Shown here in pieces: positions 6,556-7,920 of a DNA stretch of 7,920 nt. The translations under genes and the position numbers were made by a program. The notes below the pieces were generated by a model, which did not search any database, had not been told where the DNA came from, and saw only the letters and a program-made list of their open reading frames with translations. The stretch is taken from the IMG/VR virus record IMGVR_UViG_2671180921_000010; one strand, written 5' to 3'. Source of the DNA: a virus (Duplodnaviria; Heunggongvirae; Uroviricota; Caudoviricetes). Positions within the stretch are counted from its first letter, which is position 1, and each line of letters starts with the position of its first letter.

Positions 6556-6724
6556 TTTTTGTTCAGCTAAATATAACATCAGTTTTGAAGAGCGGGATGA
6601 ACTATTAATGGACTATGGTGAGTTACGCGGTGGAAGTGCTGCTGATGTCGAATCCTAGCGTGATGACTATGAAGCGGGAAAAACTCCGGTCGAAGCATAT
6701 TGTGATGAGTGGGGCGATGAATGA
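6533..6724 (+). pseudogene. Small protein gene (63 codons) interrupted by an in-frame TAG at 6656-6658
   Basis: ATG 6533, or GTG 6548 with SD GAGGAAG: MRKNKVADFCSAKYNISFEERDELLMDYGELRGGSAADVES-TAG-RDDYEAGKTPVEAYCDEWGDE, stop TGA 6722-6724 overlapping the ATG at 6721 of the next gene (ATGA). No in-frame start after the TAG. Confidence 0.35.
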
Positions 6725-7008
6725 GCGAGATTAATTATCAGGAAGGGCATGAAACGGCGGGGCAAGCAAAACCAGTGACATGGCGATATCGCTACGTGAA
6801 AAAAGGCGTTACGGACTTTCAGGGGAAGTAGTGGTCTGGTGACTGGAAATATGTACCGAAAAAAGAGGATTGTAACGACAGGCCGAACTATCAAATTCAG
6901 GCCTTATTCACTGCCTCACCAGTCCCGGTTACATCAGAAGAATTGGTTAAAGCTGTGCACTTTTATGAACAACTAAAACGCGAAAATCCACCAACATCCG
7001 GCAACTAG
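6721..7008 (+). pseudogene. Small protein gene (95 codons) interrupted by an in-frame TAG at 6829-6831
   Basis: ATG 6721: MSEINYQEGHETAGQAKPVTWRYRYVKKGVTDFQGK-TAG-WSGDWKYVPKKEDCNDRPNYQIQALFTASPVPVTSEELVKAVHFYEQLKRENPPTSGN, stop TAG 7006-7008. The 58-codon downstream part is protein-like and has no ATG. Confidence 0.4.
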
Positions 7009-7262
7009 ATTAATGGGTTAACTATGTCGGTTAAACGACCAGCCAACTGAAAAAGCGGAAACCTGATTACAGGTTGCCAGATAAGGCAATGAGCTACCTG
7101 GCGCGGAACGGACTGATAAGTATGGGGAATGTTTTACGATGAACCTTTAGACTAAAGAGTTTGTAACGCTATGTAAGTGATTTTTTCTGGTTTAGATATT
7201 TATATGTCCGGCCAAATTGAGGTGTGTTTAAATGTAATTGCACATTGATTGTAGGAGGAATA

Positions 7263-7442
7263 ATGAAAAACGCATTGCAGTTTTTGTTTGTTGCGTTCTG
7301 GTTGTTCGCATCATGTATGCCCATCATCTTCACAGCAAGGTATATGGAAAAAGTTGATGTTTTGATATTAATATTTGGATATATAAATGCCCTTTTTTTA
7401 GGGGTGTTCATGGCGGTCATGTGCATTGAATACTGGCGGTAA
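7263..7442 (+). CDS. Small hydrophobic protein, 59 aa, two predicted transmembrane helices, unknown function
   Basis: MKNALQFLFVAFWLFASCMPIIFTARYMEKVDVLILIFGYINALFLGVFMAVMCIEYWR. Consensus SD AGGAGG (7252-7257), 5-nt spacer, ATG 7263. Embedded in an AT-rich islet unlike the flanking sequence. The track's longer ORF from 7224 has no RBS. Confidence 0.6.
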   Translation: MKNALQFLFVAFWLFASCMPIIFTARYMEKVDVLILIFGYINALFLGVFMAVMCIEYWR

Positions 7443-7669
7443 ATACAGCGAACTCCATTGGTTTAGTTGGATATTTACTGTGCTGGACAAAAACGGTTTG
7501 CGGGGAAATCTTAGTTAAGTAGAATGACTGCGGGTGCTTGAGGCTATCTGCCTCGGGCATGGACACCAACGGCAGATAGAGAAAAGCCCCAGTTAACATT
7601 ACGCGTCCTGCAAGACGCTTAACATTAATCTGAGGCCAATTTCATGCTAGACACATGTAGGTTAGCCTC

Positions 7670-7918
7670 TTACGTGCCGAAAGGCACGGAGAAGCAGGCT
7701 ATTGTTAACACCAAGCTGTAATGTCCCCTTTGGGGATGCGGACGATTTCCTGGACGAGCCTGTTTAGGATTCTGTGTAAATCCCTTTTCTCCGAAGTGAC
7801 CGTCCAGCCGGTCACCGAACTCGATAATAAAGCGGCCCATTGCCATTCGCCAGTCCTTCAACGGCATCATCCATTTCTGGGACGCAGACTGGATTGCCAG
7901 CCACACCACTTTTTCCAC
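7670..7918 (-). mobile_element. C-terminal part of an IS256/Mutator-family-like transposase gene (partial; gene starts beyond the right window edge)
   Basis: Minus-strand ORF ...WLAIQSASQKWMMPLKDWRMAMGRFIIEFGDRLDGHF... matches the recalled C-terminal signature of IS256-family transposases (SKKW-MP-xxW-xA-xxF-I-F-DR). It then continues about 40 aa past the point where such proteins usually end (GEKGFTQNPKQARPGNRPHPQRGHYSLVLTIACFSVPFGT). Family assignment is from memory only. Confidence 0.4.
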
Positions 7919-7920
7919 CC

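Noticed and set aside
5702-6894. Minus-strand track ORFs 5702..5902, 5958..6179, 6667..6894
   Set aside because: Antisense to the methyltransferase gene and the small plus-strand genes. Low-complexity translations; no start context.
6108-7008. Alternative genetic code (stop-codon reassignment) to explain the in-frame stops
   Set aside because: Both TAA and TAG are involved, and every core gene (dicA, dicC, initiator and others) ends at standard stops with normal gene lengths. A recoded phage is unlikely; nonsense mutation is the simpler reading.
7169-7599. Minus-strand ORFs 7169..7426 and 7417..7599
   Set aside because: Antisense to the strongly supported membrane-protein gene, or within the structured non-coding region. 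No RBS and implausible composition.
7445-7700. tRNA, tmRNA or attachment-site remnant in the structured region
   Set aside because: No T-loop GTTCGAATC-type motif, no 7-bp acceptor stem with cloverleaf spacing, and no CCA-adjacent context found by eye. Kept only as generic structured non-coding sequence.
1-7920. CRISPR array or other long tandem-repeat locus
   Set aside because: No regularly spaced direct repeats of 25-40 bp. The only periodic repeats are the about-23-bp iterons inside the initiator gene.

Overview
This window reads as the immunity/early region of a Qin (DicA/DicC)-type lambdoid cryptic prophage from an E. coli-like enterobacterium. Gene identities are assigned from recalled protein and RNA sequences and from gene order; no database search was possible. 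Leftward (minus strand) from the repressor runs the dicB operon: ydfA-like, ydfB-like, ydfC-like, the DicF sRNA, dicB, ydfD, and a large YdfE-like gene that runs off the left edge. The centre holds the divergent dicA/dicC switch with palindromic operators. Rightward follow a YdaT-like (CII-analogue) gene, an O-like replication initiator with an iteron origin embedded in its coding sequence, a 140-aa unknown protein, and a methyltransferase-fold gene. Beyond that lies an AT-rich accessory block whose four consecutive genes each carry exactly one in-frame stop codon and no frameshifts, then a strongly ribosome-bound 59-aa two-helix membrane protein gene, then a structured non-coding stretch and the C-terminal end of an IS256/Mutator-like transposase at the right edge. 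I cannot demonstrate a clearly new defence or other system from sequence alone. The least explained parts are the nonsense-interrupted gene block (about 6108-7008) and the small membrane-protein islet (about 7140-7442).
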